DNA of 14,745 nucleotides from an uncultured Clostridia bacterium (lineage in GTDB: Bacteria > Bacillota > Clostridia > TANB77 > CAG-508): positions 1 through 14,745 of the forward strand of contig CAUWGC010000024.1 of assembly GCA_963558405.1 (NCBI GenBank), written 5' to 3'. Positions 8,196 through 14,745 of the stretch are shown here, piece by piece (position 1 is the first letter of the stretch; every line of letters begins with the position of its first letter). Position numbers and translations under genes: made by a program. The notes below the pieces were generated by a model. That model was not told the origin of the DNA. It searched no databases and saw nothing but the letters and a program-made list of their open reading frames with translations.

Positions 8196-8960
8196 TTATC
8201 TACTTGATTTTGATTTTGCTTTTTTATTATTTTGAACAGGTACTATATTTACTTTAACCTTTTCTTTAGATTTTTGTTCATCTAATTTCTTTGCTTCAAC
8301 TTTAAGTTCTGCAAGTTCTTTCTTTACAGATGGTTTCTTTGCTCCTTTAGATACCCCTTCTTGCATTTTGGAAGTCGTTGAGGAAGGCTCTGACAGAGGG
8401 TCTTTTTCCGTCTTTGCCATATTGAAATTTGCTTTTGAGGTTTCTTCTGTTTGCATAGGCTTTTTAGCAAGTAAATCTTCTAGCTGTTGTTCCTTTGATT
8501 TTTCTGGAATACCCTTTTCTCTTTTTTCTGCCTCTCTATCTTCAATAGATTTTGTAATAACAGTATCCATTCTTGCAGTATCTGTTGTTGTTAGTTTAAA
8601 TCTTTCAACAATTCTATTTATTCTTGAAGCATCTTCATCTTTAACCATAACATCTACCATTCCATCAATGTCTTTGTTATTTCTATTGATTAAAGCACAA
8701 TATGAAATACCATAATTTTTTGCCTCTCTTGCAAATGTTTTTAAATCTTCTCTGCTTACTGTAAATATTTTTAAAGGCTTTCCTGTTTTTAACATATTAT
8801 TAAGTCTAATCTTTCCTTTTGTTTGTTTTTTATCTTTCATAATAGTATAAATCATTGCAGCAACATTCTTTGCTCCACTACCAGTTAGTCTTGCTAAAAT
8901 TTCAAATCCCTCTAAACTTAATCTTACTACTTGTTCTGATACATCTCCATTAACACTCAT
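8196..8960 (-). CDS. pcfB: PcfB family (DUF3801-like) conjugation protein
   Basis: GDVSEQVVRLSLEG, KGKIRLNNMLK, DLKTFAREAKNYGISY, KPSVKKEL motifs; usual position between relaxase and coupling protein; SD GGAG. Confidence 0.85.
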   Translation of the reverse strand: MSVNGDVSEQVVRLSLEGFEILARLTGSGAKNVAAMIYTIMKDKKQTKGKIRLNNMLKTGKPLKIFTVSREDLKTFAREAKNYGISYCALINRNNKDIDGMVDVMVKDEDASRINRIVERFKLTTTDTARMDTVITKSIEDREAEKREKGIPEKSKEQQLEDLLAKKPMQTEETSKANFNMAKTEKDPLSEPSSTTSKMQEGVSKGAKKPSVKKELAELKVEAKKLDEQKSKEKVKVNIVPVQNNKKAKSKSSR

Positions 8961-8967
8961 ATATCAT

Positions 8968-10350
8968 TTACTCCTTTCCTTTTTTTCTTTTCTCTTTTTT
9001 TCTCTCTTTTGTTTCTCTTTCCATTTCTTCTTGTGTATCTAATTCAGATAAATTATTATCTATCTTCGGTACTCTTGTTTTAATATCTTCACATAATTCC
9101 ACCCTCTTTCTTAATTTAACTAATTTATCATTTAAAGATGAAATCTGCTCTGCATATTCGTGCATTTCATTTCCATCTTTTGATAACTTTCTTTTTGCCC
9201 AAAGTCTTTCTCTTTGGTCTAGTATTTCTTTTATTTTAAAATTCACATCATCTTGATAATTACTTAATTCTTCAAATGTTTTTATTTTATGTGTTGCTAA
9301 AAATCTTGCTTCTTCAGATAATTGTTCCATTCTTGAAACATCTGCTCTAATACTTGGTGGTAATCTTTGTTGTGGTACATTATCTGGAAAAACTTTTAGC
9401 AAATAACAATAATGATAATATAAAGCAATAAATCCTTTCGCTTTGGCTCTTTTGTGCCTTTTTGCAAAAGGATAATTAACTTTTCTATAATTATAAACAT
9501 TTTCTATAAACGGAACTCGAACTGCTTGTTCTTCTATTATTCTTCTTTTTATATTTTCTATTGAATAATTTTCTCCATATCTTCTTTCTATTCTAATGTT
9601 TCTTTTATATGGTTCTTTTCTAATACTTATTTTATTAGCTCTAAAAATAATTTCATAATCTAATTTTTTCATTAAGTATAAAAAGTCATCATAAGAATAT
9701 GCTTGTCTAATTGCTAAATCTAAATCTCGTTTTGCATTATTAGAATAGTTGTCAGTATATAAAGATTTCTTATAAAAATTATCATAGTTCATTTTTTTCT
9801 TTGTTGCTTTTTCTTCTATTACACTTAATCCATATTCCTTACAAAGTTCATCTGATATATGCCTCATTTTTGCATAATTAGTATGATTATCATAATATTT
9901 CAAACCATCTTCAAAAGAAACAGAATTAAGCACTATGTGATTATGTATATGATTAGTATTAAGATGAGTTGTAACTACTACTTGAAATCTATCTCCCCAC
10001 ATTTCATTTGCAAGTTGCACACCAATCTGATGTGCTAATTCTGGAGTAACCTCTCCCTCTGCAAAAGATTGATATGCGTGAAATGCTAAAATTTTATCTT
10101 TTTTATTATAATATCTTTTTGTATCTTGCATTTCTTCATAAGCTGAATCTGAATCACAATTTATTCCTGTAACAAAATATTCTTTTTCTGTTTTATCTGA
10201 ATTTCTTGCATAATCAATTACATTTTGCAAGTCATCTACCAACATTTCATATTTCTGATTAAATTCAATTTTCGTTTTATTTTCATCTTTAGCATAACTT
10301 ATAACATGATCCATTCTTTTAACAACTTTCCATATTTTTGTTACTGCCAA
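8968..10350 (-). CDS. Relaxase/mobilization nuclease, MOBP family
   Basis: TTG start with SD GGAGGTGG; N-terminal Tyr motifs; HAYQSFAEGEV; 3H motif THLNTNHIHNHIVLNSV; follows mobC. Confidence 0.95.
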   Translation of the reverse strand: MAVTKIWKVVKRMDHVISYAKDENKTKIEFNQKYEMLVDDLQNVIDYARNSDKTEKEYFVTGINCDSDSAYEEMQDTKRYYNKKDKILAFHAYQSFAEGEVTPELAHQIGVQLANEMWGDRFQVVVTTHLNTNHIHNHIVLNSVSFEDGLKYYDNHTNYAKMRHISDELCKEYGLSVIEEKATKKKMNYDNFYKKSLYTDNYSNNAKRDLDLAIRQAYSYDDFLYLMKKLDYEIIFRANKISIRKEPYKRNIRIERRYGENYSIENIKRRIIEEQAVRVPFIENVYNYRKVNYPFAKRHKRAKAKGFIALYYHYCYLLKVFPDNVPQQRLPPSIRADVSRMEQLSEEARFLATHKIKTFEELSNYQDDVNFKIKEILDQRERLWAKRKLSKDGNEMHEYAEQISSLNDKLVKLRKRVELCEDIKTRVPKIDNNLSELDTQEEMERETKERKKEKRKKGKE

Positions 10351-10361
10351 ATTACCACCTC

Positions 10362-10673
10362 CTACAAAAATTTATTTTTTACTTCTTCTGCAAATTTGTG
10401 CCAATTATTTGCTTCACTCTTATAATAATCTTTATCTATTTTATCTGTTTGATTTGCTTTCTTTGCTATTTGATTAAGATTAACTCCTATTTTAGAAAGT
10501 TGTTTCATTATCACATAAAATTCTTTGCCAGGCTTTTCTTTTATATTTTCATTCATTAACAATCTTCTAAAATATTCTCCATAAGAAAGATTACATCTTT
10601 GACAATCTGCAATTAACTTTTCATTCTCTAATTCATTAAGCATTATATCTTTTCTTATATATCTTTTTCTCAA
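10362..10673 (-). CDS. mobC: MobC relaxosome accessory protein (ribbon-helix-helix)
   Basis: LSYGEYFRRLL and LSKIGVNLNQIAKKAN motifs. Start moved from ATG 10697 (no SD) to TTG 10673, which has AGGAGGG 6 nt upstream and gives MRKRYIRK. Confidence 0.92.
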   Translation of the reverse strand: MRKRYIRKDIMLNELENEKLIADCQRCNLSYGEYFRRLLMNENIKEKPGKEFYVIMKQLSKIGVNLNQIAKKANQTDKIDKDYYKSEANNWHKFAEEVKNKFL

Positions 10674-10703
10674 ATCTCTCCCTCCTGTTTTACTCATTTA
10701 AAA

Positions 10704-10780
10704 ATGGGGATTGGGGTTTCCCCATAGAATAGAATTTTGAAACACGATATTTTCGTGTGAACAAATTCAGTGCTTGCTAG
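10704..10780 (+). other. Putative origin of transfer (oriT); predicted nic between 10776 and 10777
   Basis: Intergenic site upstream of mobC. G/C hairpin ATGGGGA...TCCCCAT (10704-10725), then imperfect inverted repeat GAATTTTG-AA-ACACGA...TCGTGT-GAA-CAAATTC (10732-10768), immediately followed by AGTGCTTGCTA, matching the GCTTG^C nic core of pC221/pCF10-type MOBP systems. Confidence 0.75.
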
Positions 10781-10815
10781 GACAAGAAATCCTTTTTTTA
10801 CATTTTTAAATGTAC

Positions 10816-11802
10816 CTATATTGGTACTCTATTTTGTTCTTTTTTCATTTTATATCTGTCAATTTCTTGCCTATTTTTTAACCCTATGCTGTAACATAAG
10901 TAATCATTTATGTCTTTACCATAAGGAGCAGGAATATCATAAACATTGTACTTATCAAGTGCATATAGCATTGCTTTTGTTGCATTTCTTCCTGCTATAT
11001 CATTATCAAAATGTAATACAATATCTTTTATATTTGCGTTTTTATTTAAAAAGTTTTGTACTGCTATTGGTACTTTACTTTGTTCTATATTAGAACTTGG
11101 TTGATACACTCCTGCAAGTGATAAAAGATTTTGATTTGTATAATCATATCCCTTATTTTTTAATAATGTTGCATAAGATAATAAATCTATACTGCTTTCA
11201 AATATATGTAATGAATTACATTCTTCTGCTCCTAACATTCTAAAAGAATACTCTTTTGAACTCCCCTTTGCATCTCTCATTATTCTTTTTTCATTTGTAC
11301 TTCTGCACCCTGCATATTTAATATTGTTATCATTATCGTACCCTAAAAATACTGCATTATTGGTTTTATTTTCTTGATAAATAATCTTTTTATTTATGCA
11401 ATCATTTATTATTTCTTCGTCAATTCCTCTGTTTTTTAGATACTCTATAACTTGTTTATTGGTACTCGCTTTTTCTGGAATTACTATTGTTTTAGGTTCG
11501 TTTTCATTACTATATTGAGGTCTAATATATGTATCTATATTTCTATTTAATACACTTGAAACTGCCTCTTGTAATGTCATATTTTCTACTTTAATAAGAT
11601 AATCAACTGCTGACTTTCCTGCTTGATGTGTTGAAAATCTATGCCATAATCCATTACTTATAATGACACTATCATGACTTTTTAAGGAATATGTATTAGT
11701 ACCTTTTCTTACAAGTTCTGATGGATTATTGTTCATAAAATAAGTTAGTAAATCAATTTCTTTTGCTTGTTTTACAACTTCTTTTGGTACAAATTTAGGC
11801 AT
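10816..11802 (-). CDS. DUF3991 plus Toprim domain (primase-like) protein
   Basis: AKEIDLLTY, YLKNRGID, IFESSIDLLSY, Toprim LHFDNDIAG and GKDINDYL; SD AAGGAGGTG. Confidence 0.88.
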   Translation of the reverse strand: MPKFVPKEVVKQAKEIDLLTYFMNNNPSELVRKGTNTYSLKSHDSVIISNGLWHRFSTHQAGKSAVDYLIKVENMTLQEAVSSVLNRNIDTYIRPQYSNENEPKTIVIPEKASTNKQVIEYLKNRGIDEEIINDCINKKIIYQENKTNNAVFLGYDNDNNIKYAGCRSTNEKRIMRDAKGSSKEYSFRMLGAEECNSLHIFESSIDLLSYATLLKNKGYDYTNQNLLSLAGVYQPSSNIEQSKVPIAVQNFLNKNANIKDIVLHFDNDIAGRNATKAMLYALDKYNVYDIPAPYGKDINDYLCYSIGLKNRQEIDRYKMKKEQNRVPI

Positions 11803-11823
11803 AATTTTGCACCTCCTTTTTCT

Positions 11824-12168
11824 TTATCTTGCATCTTTATTTCGTTCTTTTTTGACCTCATTATCTCTAATAAGGTCTATCGTATCATCTATTGAAAATT
11901 CTAAAGCCTCTCTTAAGCTACCATCATTAGATAGCCAATCATCATAGCATTCTTGTAATATATGTTCCCTTTTAAGTAATGTTTTAAGTTCGAATTTTGA
12001 ATAATCTTTATCGTATGCTAAATAATCTTGTATCGTTTGCATACATGTTATTTTATAACTATTGTCTATTATTTGTTCTGCAGGTAGTCCCTTTAAACTA
12101 TCTTTAAAATCTGTTAATTCCCTTTCTAATTTTTCAATTAACTTATTTTTTAATTCTTCATTTTCCAT
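11824..12168 (-). CDS. DUF3848-like protein, C-terminus RNKDAR
   Basis: Pattern KLIEKLERELTDFKDSLKGLPAEQIIDNSY...LLKREHILQECYDDWL recalled from this ICE-associated family; 114 aa. Confidence 0.75.
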   Translation of the reverse strand: MENEELKNKLIEKLERELTDFKDSLKGLPAEQIIDNSYKITCMQTIQDYLAYDKDYSKFELKTLLKREHILQECYDDWLSNDGSLREALEFSIDDTIDLIRDNEVKKERNKDAR

Positions 12169-12201
12169 AATTTATCACACTCTCTTTCTTTTCTATTGCA
12201 T

Positions 12202-12239
12202 AATAAAAAGGACAGATTTTTTAAATTATCCGTCCCTTT
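12202..12239 (-). terminator. Intrinsic terminator-like hairpin upstream of the DUF3848/Toprim/mob genes
   Basis: Minus-strand RNA GGACGGAU-loop-AUCUGUCC (one G-U pair) followed by UUUUUAUU. Confidence 0.65.
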
Positions 12240-12242
12240 AAA

Positions 12243-12575
12243 CTAGTTTAATTTTAACATTCCCATATTATTTAAATAGATTAATGCTTCTTTAAAACCT
12301 AATTTAAAACTTTCTTTTAACTCAATAACATCAAGTTCAGTTTCATAATCAAGTACATTAAGTATTGCATATTGTTCATCATCTCTTAAATCTATTGGTT
12401 CTTTTTCTTCTAAAAATGTTCTTACATTTGGGTATTTATACTTTAGTTCTGATATCTTTTTATTTAATGTTTGATAGTCTTCTCTATCTTTTAATGCTTG
12501 TGCTTTATGAACTTCTAAATACTCTAAAAAACCTTCTTCATAATTATCAAAAAAATTACCTGCGATTTCTTCCAT
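12243..12575 (-). CDS. Small acidic helical hypothetical protein (DUF6664-like)
   Basis: 110 aa; C-terminal ESFKLGFKEALIYLNNMGML pattern; starts 4 nt after the upstream stop. Family call is from memory. Confidence 0.7.
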   Translation of the reverse strand: MEEIAGNFFDNYEEGFLEYLEVHKAQALKDREDYQTLNKKISELKYKYPNVRTFLEEKEPIDLRDDEQYAILNVLDYETELDVIELKESFKLGFKEALIYLNNMGMLKLN

Positions 12576-12579
12576 ACCT

Positions 12580-12885
12580 TTATTCTCCTATTTCCATCAA
12601 TATTTTTTTACTATCAACTATTCCTAATTTGTAATAATGTTTACAAAGTAAGTCAGTTTCATTACCAATGGCAAGTTCAAATTTATTTAATTTATCAATT
12701 ATTTGGTTTAACTTTTCTTCATCTTTAACTACTTTTTTAATCAAATAAATTAATTCTTCTTCTACTTTTAATGACTCTGTAAATTTACCATCAAGATTCT
12801 TTTTCTTTAATAGCATTGTTTCAAAATCATCACTTATTGAATCATATAGTTGATCTAAAATAGATCTATTAAATAATTCTTCCAT
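12580..12885 (-). CDS. Small helical hypothetical protein (DUF6809-like C-terminal motif)
   Basis: Start moved from TTG 12903 to ATG 12885 because AGGAGG lies upstream of that ATG; C-terminal HYYKLGIVDSKKIL. Confidence 0.7.
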   Translation of the reverse strand: MEELFNRSILDQLYDSISDDFETMLLKKKNLDGKFTESLKVEEELIYLIKKVVKDEEKLNQIIDKLNKFELAIGNETDLLCKHYYKLGIVDSKKILMEIGE

Positions 12886-12968
12886 TTCCTTATCCCTCCT
12901 CAAATTTATTCTAATATAATCTTTTGAATTTGAGAAATGTGCAAATTATTTAATTATAAATTTGACAG

Positions 12969-13000
12969 AAAAAAAGAGCAATATTTTAAATATCACTCTT
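12969..13000 (-). terminator. Intrinsic terminator of the lsa-like gene
   Basis: Minus-strand RNA AAGAGUGAUA-loop-UAUUGCUCUU running into U7, 34 nt after the lsa stop; the G-U pairs only work on the minus strand. Confidence 0.7.
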
Positions 13001-13034
13001 AAAACTACTCTATAACTTGTAATTTCTCGCACAC

Positions 13035-14519
13035 TTATTTTTCTATTGTTATAATCTTTGTCGCTACTTTCTCTACAAAAGTTGTATCGTGTTCAACAAA
13101 GATTAGTGTTGGATTATATTTTAAGATTGAGTCCTCTATTTGTTCTCTTGTTAGTATATCTATATAATTCAATGGCTCGTCCCATATATAAATATTAGCT
13201 TGTTCTGATATACTTTTTGCAATTAAAATTTTCTTTTTCTGTCCTTCGCTCATTTCTTCAATTTTAGTATCAAAATCTAATTTTGAAAATCCCATTTTAG
13301 ATAACATTGCTTTAAAAATACTTTCATCTATTTTATTATCTTGTGAAAAGTTTTTTAAGTTTCCTTTTAAATAGTCTGTATTCTGTGATACATAAGATAT
13401 TTTTAAGTCATTTGCTATTTTTAATTCTCCGTTATATTGTATCTCTTGACCTAAAATCAATTTTAATATACTTGATTTTCCTATTCCATTTTTTCCAACT
13501 ATTGCAATTCTATCTCCATTTTCTACTTCAAATGAAACTGGAGAGAATATTATTTTTTCATTGTATTTTATTTGTAAGTTATTTGCTAAAATCAATGGAC
13601 TTTTTCTACTTCCTATTGGAATTATTTTTAAACTATCATTTCTATCTATATTTTTTAATAAATTAGTTTTTTCATCTATTGCCTTTTCAATTCGCCCTTC
13701 CATAACTTTTGACTTTTTCATCATTTTAGCAGACTTATGTCCTAGGTAACCTCTGTCTATCTTTGATTCTGAATTGCTTGTTTTATATTTTGACTTTTCA
13801 ACCTCATTAGACCATTTTGCAGTATTTTTTGAAGCAATTTCAAGTTTATTTATATCTTTTTGTAATTTTTCATTTTGCATTATTTCAAAATTATCTTGTC
13901 TGTCTTTATTTTCTTTCCAAGATGAAAAATTACCCTGCTGTATTTCAATATTAGTGTTATTTATAGAAATAATATGATTTACAACTTTATCTAAAAAAAT
14001 TCTATCGTGAGATACTAATATAAAACCTTTTTTCTTTTCCAAATAATCAACTAAATTATTTCTTGTTTCTATGTCCAAATGGTTTGTAGGCTCATCTATA
14101 AGCAAGAAATTATTTCCTTTTAAAAATAAGCTAATTAAAAGTATTTTTATTTGTTCTCCACCACTTAATAAATTAAAATTTCTATAAAGAATTTCTATAT
14201 CACTATTTAATAAATTCAATTCTTTTATAATTTCCCAATCCTCAACATTTGGAGCAATTTCATTTACTATCTCTATTGACATTCTATTTTTATTAGTTAC
14301 TTCAAAAGGAAAATAATCAACATCTACACTTTTTGATATTGTTCCTCTATATTCATATTTTCCCTGTAATAGCTTTAAAAATGTAGTTTTTCCTTTACCA
14401 TTTCTACCTATTAGTCCTAATTTCCAATCTGTATCTATATTAAATGAAACATTTTCAAATATATTATTAAAACTTCCATCATATCCAAAAGTCAAATTAT
14501 TTACACTTATTAAAGACAT
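13035..14519 (-). CDS. lsa: Lsa-family ABC-F ribosomal protection protein (putative lincosamide/streptogramin A/pleuromutilin resistance)
   Basis: 494 aa, no transmembrane segments, two ABC domains (GRNGKGKT, LSGGE, LLIDEPTNHLD; GKNGIGKS, MSEGQ, IWDEPLNYID). Lsa-type start NLTFGYDGS...IFENVSFNIDTDWKLGLIGRNG and linker DRGYLGHKSAKMMK; SD GGGAGG. Allele not assignable. Confidence 0.88.
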   Translation of the reverse strand: MSLISVNNLTFGYDGSFNNIFENVSFNIDTDWKLGLIGRNGKGKTTFLKLLQGKYEYRGTISKSVDVDYFPFEVTNKNRMSIEIVNEIAPNVEDWEIIKELNLLNSDIEILYRNFNLLSGGEQIKILLISLFLKGNNFLLIDEPTNHLDIETRNNLVDYLEKKKGFILVSHDRIFLDKVVNHIISINNTNIEIQQGNFSSWKENKDRQDNFEIMQNEKLQKDINKLEIASKNTAKWSNEVEKSKYKTSNSESKIDRGYLGHKSAKMMKKSKVMEGRIEKAIDEKTNLLKNIDRNDSLKIIPIGSRKSPLILANNLQIKYNEKIIFSPVSFEVENGDRIAIVGKNGIGKSSILKLILGQEIQYNGELKIANDLKISYVSQNTDYLKGNLKNFSQDNKIDESIFKAMLSKMGFSKLDFDTKIEEMSEGQKKKILIAKSISEQANIYIWDEPLNYIDILTREQIEDSILKYNPTLIFVEHDTTFVEKVATKIITIEK

Positions 14520-14745
14520 TGTTCCTCCCTACAAATTACTATTTATCTAACAAATCACTAAATTGTAATTTATGATTTACTTATTACTTTTTTCTGTCAA
14601 CTTTTTTGTTTACACTATTGCTAATAATATAGAAATTTGAAATATAGCTACTGATAAAATTCTTATTTTCCATTTTCAAATTTTAATTTTTTTTGGCGCT
14701 TAGTTTCAAATTTCCAATAACCATGATTACGATTTCGATGTTTTT

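Larger units (their letters stand above)
1..12885 (-). mobile_element. Conjugative transfer region of an ICE or conjugative element (Gram-positive T4SS, MOBP relaxase, oriT); boundaries not visible
   Basis: Co-oriented cluster of mobC, relaxase, pcfB-like, virD4, virB2-like, virB6-like, prgI, virB4, srtB and virB1-like genes plus an oriT-like intergenic site. No integrase or att site in the window, so ICE versus plasmid and the true ends are undetermined. Confidence 0.9.

Noticed and set aside
10799-10814. Small palindrome TACATTT-TT-AAATGTA after the Toprim gene
   Set aside because: Short, AT-rich, with a 2-nt loop; could be an accessory oriT site but is not distinguishable from chance.
12962-12991. 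Sigma-A promoter on + strand from TTGACA at 12962
   Set aside because: No convincing -10 hexamer at 16-18 bp and no plus-strand gene downstream; kept only as part of the inverted-repeat finding.
110-13977. All plus-strand ORFs in the track (110-346, 4009-4272, 6181-6441, 6595-6831, 8368-8715, 10225-10425, 10338-10559, 10770-11093, 12365-12634, 13343-13666, 13561-13749, 13774-13977)
   Set aside because: They are antisense shadows of well-supported minus-strand genes, rich in Phe/Leu/Ser/Ile as expected from the reverse complement of Lys/Glu-rich AT-rich genes, and have no recognisable motifs.
13035-14519. ABC transporter ATPase
   Set aside because: No permease nearby, no transmembrane segments, and the tandem ABC domains with an Lsa-type linker indicate ABC-F.
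14663-14745. 3' end of an upstream minus-strand gene
   Set aside because: Two frames are open from the edge for only 20-27 codons with no recognisable motif, so it cannot be supported from this window.
1-14745. CRISPR array, tRNA/rRNA, integrase, transposase or intron
   Set aside because: No regularly spaced repeats, structured RNA signatures or recombinase/reverse transcriptase motifs seen; internal intergenic gaps are all about 150 bp or less.

Overview
AT-rich Firmicute/Clostridia-type DNA with every credible gene on the minus strand. Most of the window (about 1-12.9 kb) is the transfer region of an integrative conjugative element or conjugative plasmid with a Gram-positive (MPF-FATA-like) type IV secretion system. 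In transcription order (right to left): Lsa-family ABC-F ribosomal protection gene, terminator, two small related helical proteins, terminator, DUF3848-like protein, DUF3991/Toprim protein, oriT (inverted repeat plus GCTTG^C nic-like site), mobC, MOBP relaxase, pcfB-like gene, small hypothetical gene, virD4 coupling protein (split by a single +1 frame break at its only CGG codon, next to an A5 run), VirB2-like subunit, virB6-like gene, an inserted 219-aa unknown gene, prgI, virB4, class B sortase, and the 5' part of a probable VirB1-like cell-wall hydrolase running off the left edge. No integrase, RNA gene or CRISPR array is visible. Most notable: a shared C-terminal (R)NK[E/D]AR-stop tag on unrelated small proteins (candidate T4SS export signal), the virD4 +1 frameshift, intrinsic terminators inside the transfer operon, a sortase translationally coupled to virB4, and an lsa-like resistance gene on the predicted leading side of oriT. 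Family assignments are from motif recognition only; no database search was run.
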